DNA from: Octopus vulgaris
Lineage: Eukaryota
Reading direction: 5' to 3'
DNA: 64,000 nt
Assembly: GCA_951406725.2 (NCBI GenBank)
Contig: OX597817.1
Location: 159,774,001 to 159,838,000, forward strand
In this document: in pieces, positions 53,100-64,000 of the stretch
Position numbering within the stretch: the first letter of the stretch is position 1
Layout of the letters: the number at the start of each line of letters is the position of its first letter
The notes under the pieces: model-generated
Seen by the model: the letters and a program-made list of their open reading frames with translations, nothing else
The model's database searches: none
Told to the model about the DNA's origin: nothing
Position numbers and translations under genes: made by a program

Positions 53100-54106
53100 C
53101 CTTAGTTCTTAATTCTCTTTCGTCATCGGGTGTACCACAGGGATCTGTCCTTGGTCTCCTCTTGTTTGTGGCATACATTAATGACATAGATGCAAATTTA
53201 AAGAATGCCACAGTATAAAAAATATGCAGACGACATCAAGCTGTACCTTGAAATCAAGAGGACAGATCCTGTTGTCTACAGCTCTTTCCTGCAATCAGAC
53301 CTGGACACAATGCAGCAGTGGATCACAGACTGGCAACTGAAACTGGCTGTGGACAAGTGTACCACCATGCATTTTGGGAGAAAAAACCCTGCGTCCACAT
53401 ACTCCCTCCACAACACTGATATCAAGAAATCCTTATGCGAGCATGACCTAGGCATCACTGTCAGCAGTGATTTGCGTTGGACAAAGCATATCTCTAAAAT
53501 TGTCAAGAAGGCCGAGGGTGTCTTGGCATCACTCAGCAAGACTTTTGTTAGCCGCTCTCCAGCCATCTATTTAAAACTGTATACAGCTATGGTACAGCCA
53601 CACTTGGAATTCACATCATCAGTTTGGAACCCCTATCTTGCTCAGAACATTGACCTCCTGGAATCGGTTCAGAGACGTACAACCAAACGCATACCCTCCA
53701 TCAGACACCTACCATATTCTGAGCGCCTTGTTTCCCTGGGCATGGATTCACTGAAGCTCCGGCGTCTGGCGACGGACTTGGTAAACACCCACAAAGTTGT
53801 CAACCACCTCACCAATAACAACACTGAACACCTTTTTGATCTCCATGTGTCTAACACACGTGGACATGCCTACAAAGTCAGAAAACAACACAGCTCCCAT
53901 GACTTTCGGAAACATTTCTTCACGCTCAGAGTTGCTGAAGCATGGAATAAACTGCCTGTGTCAGTTGTTGACTGCCATGACACTGCATCCTTTAAGGCCC
54001 TCATGCTTTCCGAAATCCGTCGAAACTACACCTGATTATATATGCACTTTAGATGAGTTGTAGTGCACCTGAGCACTGTACACAATTATTATTATTATTA
54101 TTATTA
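53100..54106 (+). mobile_element. 5'-truncated CR1-clade LINE (RT C-terminal half, frameshift ~53215)
   Basis: SGVPQGSVLG..LF..YIND, YADDIKL, DLGI, LESVQRR.TK, YSERL..L, TRGH, FFTLRV..WNKLP; (att)n tail. Confidence 0.92.
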
Positions 54107-54377
54107 AAAATTCAGGTTAACTCTGGCACCAAACTGGTTGCAGTCTTATTTGCCTGTAGAATTTGAAAGTATCTTTATCTTTCATTATTTACTTGTGTCA
54201 GCCATTGGACTGTGGCCATGCTAGAGCACCATCTTGAAGGGTTTAATCAAACATACTGGCTCCATTACTTATTTTAAAGTTTGGTGCATATTCTATCAGA
54301 GCCTTAGGTTGAACTGCTAAGTGATGGGGATGTAAGCAAACCAACGCCAGTTGTTAGTCAGTAGAGGGGAACAAAAA

Positions 54378-54903
54378 CACACACGTACATACATATGCAT
54401 ACATACACACACACACATACATACATACATACACACACAATATATATGCATACGTACATACATTCATACACATATACATATGTATACATACACACAAATA
54501 CATACATGTACACACACACACATACATGCATATGCATGCATACATAACATCTACATTCATACATACACACATACATACACATATACATACACACACATGC
54601 ATACACACACATACACACACATACATACATACATACACACATACATACATACATGCATACATGCATGTATACATGAATACATACATACATGCATGCATAC
54701 ATGAATACATACATGCATGCATGCATACATACATACATATATACATACACACATACATACATACACACATACATACATACATGCATACATGCATGTATAC
54801 ATGAATACATACATACATGCATGCATACATGAATACATACATGCATGCATGCATACATACATACATACATACATACATACATACATACATACATACATGC
54901 ACA
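54378..54903. repeat. (CATA)n/(CATG)n compound microsatellite with internal duplications
   Basis: Direct reading. Confidence 0.9.
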
Positions 54904-55239
54904 TGTTCAAGGTGCTGTGAAGTGAGACTGAACCCAAGACCACTTGATCTGGAAGCATGCTTCTTAACCACACAGCCTTGCCTACACCTTATACCAATAT
55001 TGCTTCACCTGTAGATGCAACATTGGTATTAGACTCACTTATTGCCAATTCCAAATAATACCATCAATTTTAGGTATTTCTATTTAATAGCTTTCAGCCA
55101 ATCTCTTTTTATCTGAGAGCTGTGTGTTTTCCAGTGGCATTTCGTAGTTGTTTTATTGGGTATGCTGCCATACCCAATGCCTCGAAATTTCATGCAGGGG
55201 TATACCAAAAATTTTCCTAAGATTTGTGATTAAATTAAT

Positions 55240-55780
55240 GAGTAAGGTGAGATTGCAGCTGTGGCCAATACCAGTGTTGCCTAACCAGCCCATTTAAAAG
55301 AACCCTTGAATCGTTGGGTGATAAAGTGTGCTTGAGAAGACCTGTTGAGTCAAGTGAAATTGTAGTCGTAGTTGATGCCAGTGTCACCTGACTGGCATGT
55401 AATAAGCACCATTCAAGTGTGGATCGATCCCGTGCCGCCTGATGGCACCCATGCACATAATAAACACTATTCAAGCATGGGTTGATTCCAGTACCACCTG
55501 ACTAGCTCCCTGTGCCGGTGACATGTAAAAAGCACCATCTGAGCATGGTCGATGCCAGTGCCGCCTGACTGGCACCCCTGCCGGTGACATGTAAAAAGCA
55601 CCCACTACACTCTCAGAGTGGTTGGCATTAGGAAGGGCATCCAGCTGTAGAAACCTTGCCAGATCAGATTGGAGCCTGGTGCAACCTACTGGCTTGCCAG
55701 TCCTCAGTCAAACTGTCCAACCCATGCCAGCATGGAAGACGGACATTAAACGATGATAGTGATGGTGATGATGACGATAA
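55240..55780 (+). mobile_element. RTE 3' UTR copy
   Basis: gagtggttggcattaggaagggcatccagctgtagaaacc...ccatgccagcatggaagacggacattaaacgatgat. Confidence 0.85.
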
Positions 55781-56096
55781 TATTTAGAATGAATTTTCCA
55801 TTTTCAATAGGTGTGCTGCTGACACCTAGTGCACCTGGAACATATGCCCTTGGTGCTTTTATGTGTTCTAAATATGGAGCAAAAGTATGTGCATTAGTTA
55901 TCTCCCCATGGTTTGGACTGAGAGATTAAAAAGTGTTTTCTTGGCATACAGTACCACCCAACTTGTTAGTGTTTAGCATTTAAACTAGCTTTATTTGGTC
56001 AAAATATTCTACCTGTTTTCTGTTCAAACTAACCAAATCCAGCTTTTCATGCATACCCTACAATGTCATTCTAAAAGGAAGCAGTTATATCATTGA

Positions 56097-56526
56097 AGGC
56101 TGTGTGGTAAGTAGCTTGCTAACCAACCACATGGTTCCGGGTTCGGTCCCACTGCGTGGCATCTTGGGCAAGTGTCTTCAGCTATAGCCCCGGGCCGACC
56201 AATGCCTTGTGAGTGAATTTGGTAGACGGAAACTGAAAGAAGCCTGTTGTATATATGTATATATATATATATGTATGCGTGTGTGTGTCTGTGTTTGTCC
56301 CCCTAGCATTGCTTGACAACCGATGCTGGTGTGTTTATGTCCCCGTCACTTAGCGGTTCGGCAAAAGAGACCGATAGAATAAGTACTGGGCTTACAAAGA
56401 ATAAGACCCGGGGTCGATTTACTCGACTAAAGGCGGTGCTCCAGCATGGCCGCAGTCAAATGACTGAAACAAGTAAAAGAGTAAAGAGTAAAGAGTAAAA
56501 GAGTAAAGAGTAAAAGAGTAAAGAGT
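56097..56526 (+). mobile_element. SINE family B inserted into a TTAA-type MITE (55968-56611)
   Basis: CpG-retaining copy with (gtaaaga/gtaaaaga)n tail; both flanks continue the MITE seen at 48302-48651. Confidence 0.88.
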
Positions 56527-57300
56527 ATAAGACAAGGCATGATTAATAGAAATCAATTTGAATAAATAAGTGTTACATTTAACATAGCAATTTGAATTCT
56601 GAAGGGTTTAATACTCGTGTAAGACGAGTTTTTAAAAGATGGCACCTCCAGGCTCCAGAAAGCTTGAGTGTGGCTTGCTGTTAGCAGAAGAATTATTACT
56701 ATTAGTTCATAAATCTGCATCAATCAATTTAGGTGTTGTTGTTGCTGCTGTTTTAGAAATGACATTTATATAGATGGTGGGTAGAGTGCACATCGTAGAG
56801 CACTGAAAACTGATAAACAATATCAACAAGAAGAGCGGCAGCCTAAACTGCAACAATGCCTTTCTGTTACTATCTAGAAAAAACACCTCTCTCTCTCTCG
56901 CTCGCTCTCTCTCTCTCTCGCTCTCTCTCGCTCTCTCGCTCTCTCTCGCTCTCTCGCTCTCTCTCGCTCTCTCGCTCTCTCGCTCTCTCTCCTTGCCATG
57001 ATTTGAATCTATGAAACCACACACATGCATGATAGTGCAGCGAAATTAAGTAGCTAAGTAGCAATAAGGTGCATGCGGATAGATAACTTCTGCAAGTGCT
57101 GATGGAAGTTGTCCTTTTTGACAACTGTGTTTTCTTTTCATTGGTGACTAGTTTGAAGTGGTAGAGGGAGTCAAGAAGCCCCCCCACCCCCCCGTTAAGG
57201 GGTGAATGAGTTGGTGTTCAGGAGGAGGGTCCTTCATGTAACTATTTATACTTTTATCTCTTTTCTTACTTTTTGTTGGTAATATTTTTGGTGAAATATA

Positions 57301-57683
57301 GGAAGCACTCCGTCGGTTACGACGATGAGGGTTCCGGTTGATCCGAATCAACGGAACAGCCTGCTCGTGAAATTAACGTGTAAGTGGCTGAGCACTCCAC
57401 AGACACGTGTACCCTTAACGTAGTTCTCGGGGATATTCAGTGTGACACAGAGAGTGACAAGGCCGGCCCCTTGAAATACAGGTACAACAGAAACAGGAAG
57501 TAAGAGTGAGAGAAAGTTGTGGTGAAAGAGTACAGCAGGGATCACCACCATCCCCTGCCGGAGCCTCGTGGAGCTTTTAGGTGTTTTCACTCAATGAACA
57601 CTCACAACGCCCGGTCTGGGAATCGAAACTGCGATCCTATGACCTCGAGTCCGCTGCCCTAACCACTGGGCCATTGCGCCTCC
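57301..57683 (-). mobile_element. Full-length SINE family A with 12-bp TSD
   Basis: TSD tggtgaaatata at 57289-57300 and 57684-57695. Confidence 0.92.
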
Positions 57684-58049
57684 TGGTGAAATATAAACAG
57701 CTTCAACATAGTAATGGGTGTGTGCATGTGTGCGTGCATATGCATCTTTGTGTGTGTGAGTGTGTATGTTTGTGTTTGTTGGTGTATGTTTTGCATATTT
57801 ATGTATAGTATGGACATTATTAGCTAACTAGCTAGACAGATAGGAAGAGAGAGAGAGAGAGCTAACAAGTTAGATATCTTTCTCTTTCACTCTGTCTCTC
57901 TTCCCTCTCTCACTCTTCTTCCTTTCTCTCTTTTCTCTTTCTTTCTCTCTTTTCTCTTTCTCTCTCTATCTTTCTCACCTTTTTATCTTTCCCTCTATTT
58001 GTAAATATATGTGTGAATTTACCTACTTATCAACCTCCCAACTTACCAA

Positions 58050-58290
58050 CCTAGCTATCTACCTACCTACCTACCTACCTACCTACCTACCTACCTACCT
58101 ACCTACTTACCTACCTACCTACCTACCTACCTACCTACCTACCTACCTACCTACCTACCTACCTACCTACCTACCTACTTACCTACCTACCTACCTACCT
58201 ACCTACCTACTTACCTACCTACCTACCTACCACCTACCTACCAACCTACCTACCACCTACCTACCAACCTACCTACCCACCTACATACAT
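58050..58290. repeat. (CCTA)n microsatellite
   Basis: Direct reading. Confidence 0.95.
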
Positions 58291-58339
58291 ACATATACAT
58301 GTTTATGTGAATAAATACACATACGCACATGTGTGCACG

Positions 58340-58370
<31 letters not shown>

Positions 58371-58894
58371 TTACAAATATACATGTACAACATATAACAG
58401 AAATTAGAAAGTTTGGTATATTTTTAATTCCATATCACATGGGTTTCATTAGAATATAGTAAATTCACTATGAATACAGATATTAATATTGATAATAATA
58501 ATAATAACAATGTCCTAAACTTAAATATAATTCATAATATGTGTAAACACGTAGAAAAGACGTATGTGATGTTTTATCTGTAATTCCTTAGACAAAGATT
58601 TCAAAATAATGCAGCGTAACTTGGATGGAATTACAATTTATAGTTTGTAGAATTCATTAGGAGTATATTAAGAGATAGAGAGATGAAAAGGATTGAGATG
58701 GAAGTAAAATAATGCTTCACAAGGATACAGTTTGGATTATAATCCTTTCTACACACACTGTATAACCTTATATGTATAATGGACTTTCCTGGTGTTAGAT
58801 TGACATATGAGGGTTTGACAATTTCTAACCGAACAACCACAGAAGATGATTTGTTTATAGTGATCAAAATGTTTGTGTAGACATAAGCTCACTC

Positions 58895-59082
58895 TTTCCA
58901 TCAGATCGACATTACCTGTATGGGTGCAACAAGTGCCACATGTCAGATGTTGAAATGATCACAGAGCAATGTGAAATTAAGTGCTTTGCTCAAGAACACA
59001 ATGCATCGCCCAGTCTGGGAATCAAACCAATGATCTCACAATTGTGAGTGCAGCACCCTAACCACTAAGCCATGTGCCTTCA
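58895..59082 (-). mobile_element. Decayed tRNA-derived SINE
   Basis: Minus strand reads gaaggcacatggcttagtggttagggtgctgcactcac...ggtttgattcccagact...gttcttgagcaaagcactt. Confidence 0.65.
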
Positions 59083-59358
59083 CACACACACACACACATT
59101 CTTTAAGTAATAGAATTTTAAAAGCTCAAAGCTTATATGCAATCACCATGTATTGACCAAAGAAAATGGTGTAATATTGGGGCATTTAAGCCCTTGATGG
59201 AAACAAATTGGGTTTTCCATGTGCATAGGACTCAAACCCACATACACACACCCATATATATATATATATACAGAGCCACTTTCCATACACTATATATAAC
59301 ACTATGTATAACATTATATATATATATATAATGTTATATATATATAATATATATATAA

Positions 59359-59420
<62 letters not shown>

Positions 59421-60480
59421 TATATAGCATCTATAAAGATGCTGATATTCTATATATTGTACATACACACACACATTTGGAAGGGCATTCAGCTGTAAAA
59501 ACCCTGCCAAAGCACACAGTAGCCGAGGATAGTTTTTATACCTAGCTGGCTCCTGTCAACCCCCCTACACATACATGCATGCATGGAAAATGAGCATTAA
59601 ATGGTGGTGATGATGATGACTTTGATATATATATATATATCATGCTGGTACCATGTCATGCCAGTGCCATGTAAAAAGGACTCATACTGGTGGTACATTA
59701 AAAGCGTCTAGCCCACACTGTAAAGTGGTTGGCGCTAGGAAGGATTCAGCCAAAGAAACTAAACTAAGTCGGAATGGAATGTGGTGCAGCTTACCAGCTC
59801 TGGTCTAACTCTTCAACCCATACCAGCACAGAAAATGAACGTTAAGAGATGATGATGATGATACAAAAGTTCCTTCAGGTGAAAGCTGCTATGGGGAAAC
59901 TGTTTTCTATTTTGCAACAAATCTAACTGGGAAATGCAACTGGATCTGAAAGGTAGATATATTTTTTCCAGAAAAGGTGATAGTAACATTACTCCAACTA
60001 AATATATTCCTTCTATCTCGGAGTGCAAAATGATCATTGGAGTTGAGCTCACAGTACTTGAGGAGAACAGGTTTGACATTTCTTACCAGCTGAAGAAACG
60101 AAGGAAACCAAATATTAGGACTTGGTCGATGAGGGTTTTGCCAAAGGATGCCACACAGCTTCAGCCCATAATGAAGTCAGTTTCCCAGCAAACTCAGTGT
60201 CAGTGCATTATTTCTCACAGAAGATTGGTTTAGAATCCAGATAACCGAGGAAAGCCATTGAGGAAATATCAAGGCAGATGAGACCAATCCAAGGTGGTTG
60301 TGGTTTGACAAGAGACCACAGATGGAAATGTTCTGTAGGCAAAGGCCAGTTCAGTCTTTGCTGCAGCACTCTGGTGAAGCATAGAGGCTAAAGAGTGAAA
60401 CTCTTAGGAGACTGAGATACCTGCTGAAGATGCATAAGGGTTTCCAACATTGCAAAAACTTAGCAGCTCTGATTTTTATT

Positions 60481-60516
<36 letters not shown>

Positions 60517-60521
60517 CATAC

Positions 60522-60730
60522 CATCATCATCATCAACATCGTTTTAATGTCTGCTTTCCATGCTAGCATGGGTTGGATGGTTTGACTGAGGACTGGCAAG
60601 TCAGGAGGCTGCACCAGGCTCCAATCTGATCTGACATCTGATTCGGATGCCCTTCCTAATGCAATCCACTCCGAGAGTGTAGTGGGTGTTTTTTGTCAAG
60701 CGGTACTGGCATCAACCATGCTTGAATGCT
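60522..60730 (-). mobile_element. RTE 3' terminal copy
   Basis: (cat)n, ttccatgctagcatgggttgg, ggatgcccttcctaa. Confidence 0.8.
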
Positions 60731-60768
60731 TATATATATGTGTGTGTGTGTGTGTGTGTTTAGATATA

Positions 60769-61540
60769 CACTGCATCCCACATTATGAAACAAATCAACC
60801 TTCTCTCTACAAATAAATGTATATTCATTCGAAACCAGTTGTTTTTCTACTAACTGTTGGCAACAGCTATCTGTGCACTTTCTGTTAAAATGAATTGAAT
60901 CTGCTCAAATGCCAACAAATGGTGGCCATTTTTCCAATTAGCCAAAATTTTCACAATCATAAATTATCAAGCAAGTGTCATAAAAATGATGATTGTGTCA
61001 GAACAAACATTTATTTAATTCAACAGTAAAGGTTTAACAAAAAAATTATTCATAAAGGATTTTGATGGTAAAGATAATAATATGTTTGAATGAAAATAAT
61101 CATGGGATTATGTCATGCAGCTCCTAATGCTGAATGTATGATCCTCCATATGCAATAACCTTCCTTATGTACTTATCCATTGAATTTGTCAAGGTGATGA
61201 TATCCTCTTGTGTTGTGCTTTGAGCAGCATCTACAACAGCATCCCAGAGGGCAACTTTGCTTGAAAACCACCATCCATCCTGGTAAACGTGCCTCTTCAG
61301 GACACTCCACAGGTTCTCAATCAGGTTTAAGGTGGCCACTCCATCAGATAACCTCCGGAGAGAATTTCTTAGAATTCTTCGCTGCATGAGGTGGGGCATT
61401 ATCTTGCATGAAGACCAGCTTCCTCTAGAATGAAAGTTTTTTGCTTTTTGAAATGCACTTGGAAATTGTCTTTTAAGAATGTAACATATGTTTTCGATGT
61501 CATCCTAATACCATCTGGGACTTTCCAAGGTCTGACCATT
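60769..61540 (-). mobile_element. Tc1-family transposon 3' half (transposase relic)
   Basis: VRPWKVPDGIRMTSKTYVTFLKDNF...LVFMQDNAPPH...LNLIENLWSVLKRHVY...LTNSM; terminus TA^CACTGCATCC. Confidence 0.85.
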
Positions 61541-61799
61541 TGCGGCCTATTTCTAATGTACAGGTGTTGTCAATATCAGCACCCTTATTATAATTATATA
61601 TACACCTATACATTAGAAATAGGCCGCAAATGGTCTACAAACCACTTAAGTTCATAGACCATTTGGGGATCTATTTATAGCATACAGGCATTGTCGTTTC
61701 AGTGCCCTTATAATTATAGTTTATAATTCTACTTAAAGATAAATATGAATTAATTATTATGGTCATGTTAGTATGCTAGCCACTGATAAATTATCAAAG

Positions 61800-61841
<42 letters not shown>

Positions 61842-62251
61842 TTGATAATTTATCAGTGGCTAGCATACTAACATGACCATAATAATTAATTCATATTTAT
61901 TTTTAAGTAGAATTATAAACTATAATTATAAGGGCACTGAAACGACAATGCCTGTATGCTATAAATAGATCCCCAAATGGTCTATGAACTTAAGTGGTTT
62001 GTAGACCATTTGCGGCCTATTTCTAATGTATAGGTGTATATATAATTATAATAAGGGTGCTGATATTGACAACACCTGTACATTAGAAATAGGCCGCAAA
62101 TGGTCAGACCTTGGAAAGTCCCAGATGGTATTAGGATGACATCGAAAACATATGTTACATTCTTAAAAGACAATTTCCAAGTGCATTTCAAGAAGCAAAA
62201 AACTTTAATTCTAGAGGAAGCTGGTCTTCATGCAAGATAATGCCCCACCTC

Positions 62252-62253
<2 letters not shown>
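61386..62253. repeat. Near-perfect 868-bp palindrome: ~415 bp arms around a (TA)n centre
   Basis: Identical peptides on opposite strands (ORFs 61430+ and 62191-); about three substitutions seen between arms. Confidence 0.95.
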
Positions 62254-62328
<75 letters not shown>

Positions 62329-62582
62329 TGAGTGAGAGACAGACAGACAGACATAAACAGAGAGAGGGTGGATATAATATCCAAGCAGGTACTGTGGTTG
62401 CTCTCAGGTTCTAGGTTATGGTTAACTGCATCGATTAGTATTTAATGTCTATGGCTACTAGGAGTTGTCACTCACACTCTAAATTCCTCCGATGGATGAT
62501 TCCGTGTCTGCTTCGCTGGATGGTAATATTATCTGGAGTGTATATTAGCACACCGTATTCTCTATTGTCATAATTACTAGCT

Positions 62583-62862
62583 TGTGCCACCTCGACTGGC
62601 TTCCGTGCAGGTGGCACGTAAAATGCACCAATCTGACCGTGGTCGATGCCAGCCTCACCTGGCACCAGTGCAGGTGGCACGTAAAAAGCACCCACTACAC
62701 TCACGGAGTGGTTGGCATTAGGAAGGGCATCCAGCTGTAGAAACATTGCCAGATAAGACCGGAGCCTGGTGCAGCCTTCTAGCTTCCCAGATCCCCGGTC
62801 GAACCGTCCAACCCATGTTAGCATGGAGAACGGACGTTAAACGATAATGATGATGATGATGA
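62583..62862 (+). mobile_element. RTE 3' terminal copy
   Basis: ggaagggcatccagctgtagaaacattgcc...gcatggagaacggacgttaaacgataatgatgat. Confidence 0.85.
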
Positions 62863-62923
62863 TATATATATATACATATAGATATATATACATGCATATA
62901 TATATACATATAGATAGATAGAT

Positions 62924-63017
<94 letters not shown>

Positions 63018-63729
63018 GCACACACACATATATACATGCATACACACACACACATATATATACACACACACAAATATGTGTGTGTATGTGTGCATATATG
63101 TGTTTTGACTTAGAATTTTGGTAGCAATTAAAATATGAACCTAAGGCTGCATAAGGCTGCCTGAGGTACTCTAGACCAGAACTGCATCCATTAAGATATA
63201 TTCACCATCAACAGAAGAATAATACAAGGGCGAAAAATGTTTAAAAAATGGGCATAAAAATGTTCAAAAAAACATAAGAAATGAAGGAAAACTGAAAGAG
63301 AACTACTGAGATAAAAAAAGAAATATAAAAGAAGTCATTTAATATGTATTTCCAATTTTTCAAAATATTAAATATATAACATTTGGTGTGTTTATATGAG
63401 TATGTCTATATTTGCATGAATATTTTAAATAATTGATAGGGAAAACTGGGTGTACTGTAAGTGCAGTACTACGAATGATGCTTGGTAGCTGTAAGTGGTG
63501 AACATGCTCTCAAGGCACACTACTAGGGACATACCCAAAAACAAGGTTTGGATACTACATTTTAAAGTCTCCTTTCAAAACTTTAATTTTAAGCATAACC
63601 TCTATTTGCATGTATGTATACATGATTTTGCCTATCGACTTCAAGCTCCATACTGCATGATGGTATGATTTTAATATATTGTGCCTTCTGGTCTCTTCTC
63701 GAGGTCCTGTTCTTTCCTCTTCCCCTAAA

Positions 63730-63881
63730 GGAGTGGTTGGCGTTAGGAAGGGCATACAGCTGTAGAAACTTTGCCAGATCAGATTGGAGCCTGGTGCAGC
63801 CTTCTGGCTCACCAGTCCTCAGTCAAACCGTCCAACTCATACAAGTATGGAAAACGGACGTTAAATGATGACGATGATGAT
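63730..63881 (+). mobile_element. RTE 3' terminal copy
   Basis: ggagtggttggcgttaggaagggcat...ggaaaacggacgttaaatgatgac. Confidence 0.8.
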
Positions 63882-64000
63882 ATATATATGTATGTATGCA
63901 TGTATGTATTTATTTATGTATGTATGTATACACTTTATTTCACATTGCTCCAGTTCACTCAGCTGTAGAAATGAGTTGCAATGTCATTGGAGCCAAGCTG

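Noticed and set aside
58050-58290. Telomeric repeat
   Set aside because: Unit is CCTA, not CCCTAA or CCTAA
59865-60480. Coding-like sequence
   Set aside because: Stops in all frames and no motif I recognise; may be an old transposon; needs BLASTX

Overview
AT-rich, repeat-saturated animal genomic DNA. The SINE/LINE families and the (TA)n, (CAT)n and (CATA)n load point to an octopod cephalopod, which is my inference and not a database result. I can support no host protein-coding gene, and nearly all listed ORFs are microsatellite or repeat artefacts. The window holds: (i) a near full-length RTE LINE (about 38737-43217, minus) whose single ORF is broken only by two slippage-type indels and carries a C4HC3 PHD-type finger inside the reverse transcriptase; (ii) many truncated RTE copies; (iii) a Penelope-like fragment with a GIY-YIG endonuclease tail and an intact minimal hammerhead ribozyme; (iv) R4/Dong-like, CR1-like, Tc1 and maT/mariner relics; (v) two short Helitrons, several MITEs and several tRNA-derived SINE families, some with clean target-site duplications (TSDs) and swapped tails. 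A recurring structural theme is fold-back (inverted) duplication at (TA)n tracts, the largest an 868-bp near-perfect palindrome at 61386-62253. Boundaries of decayed repeats are approximate, and all alignments were done by eye.
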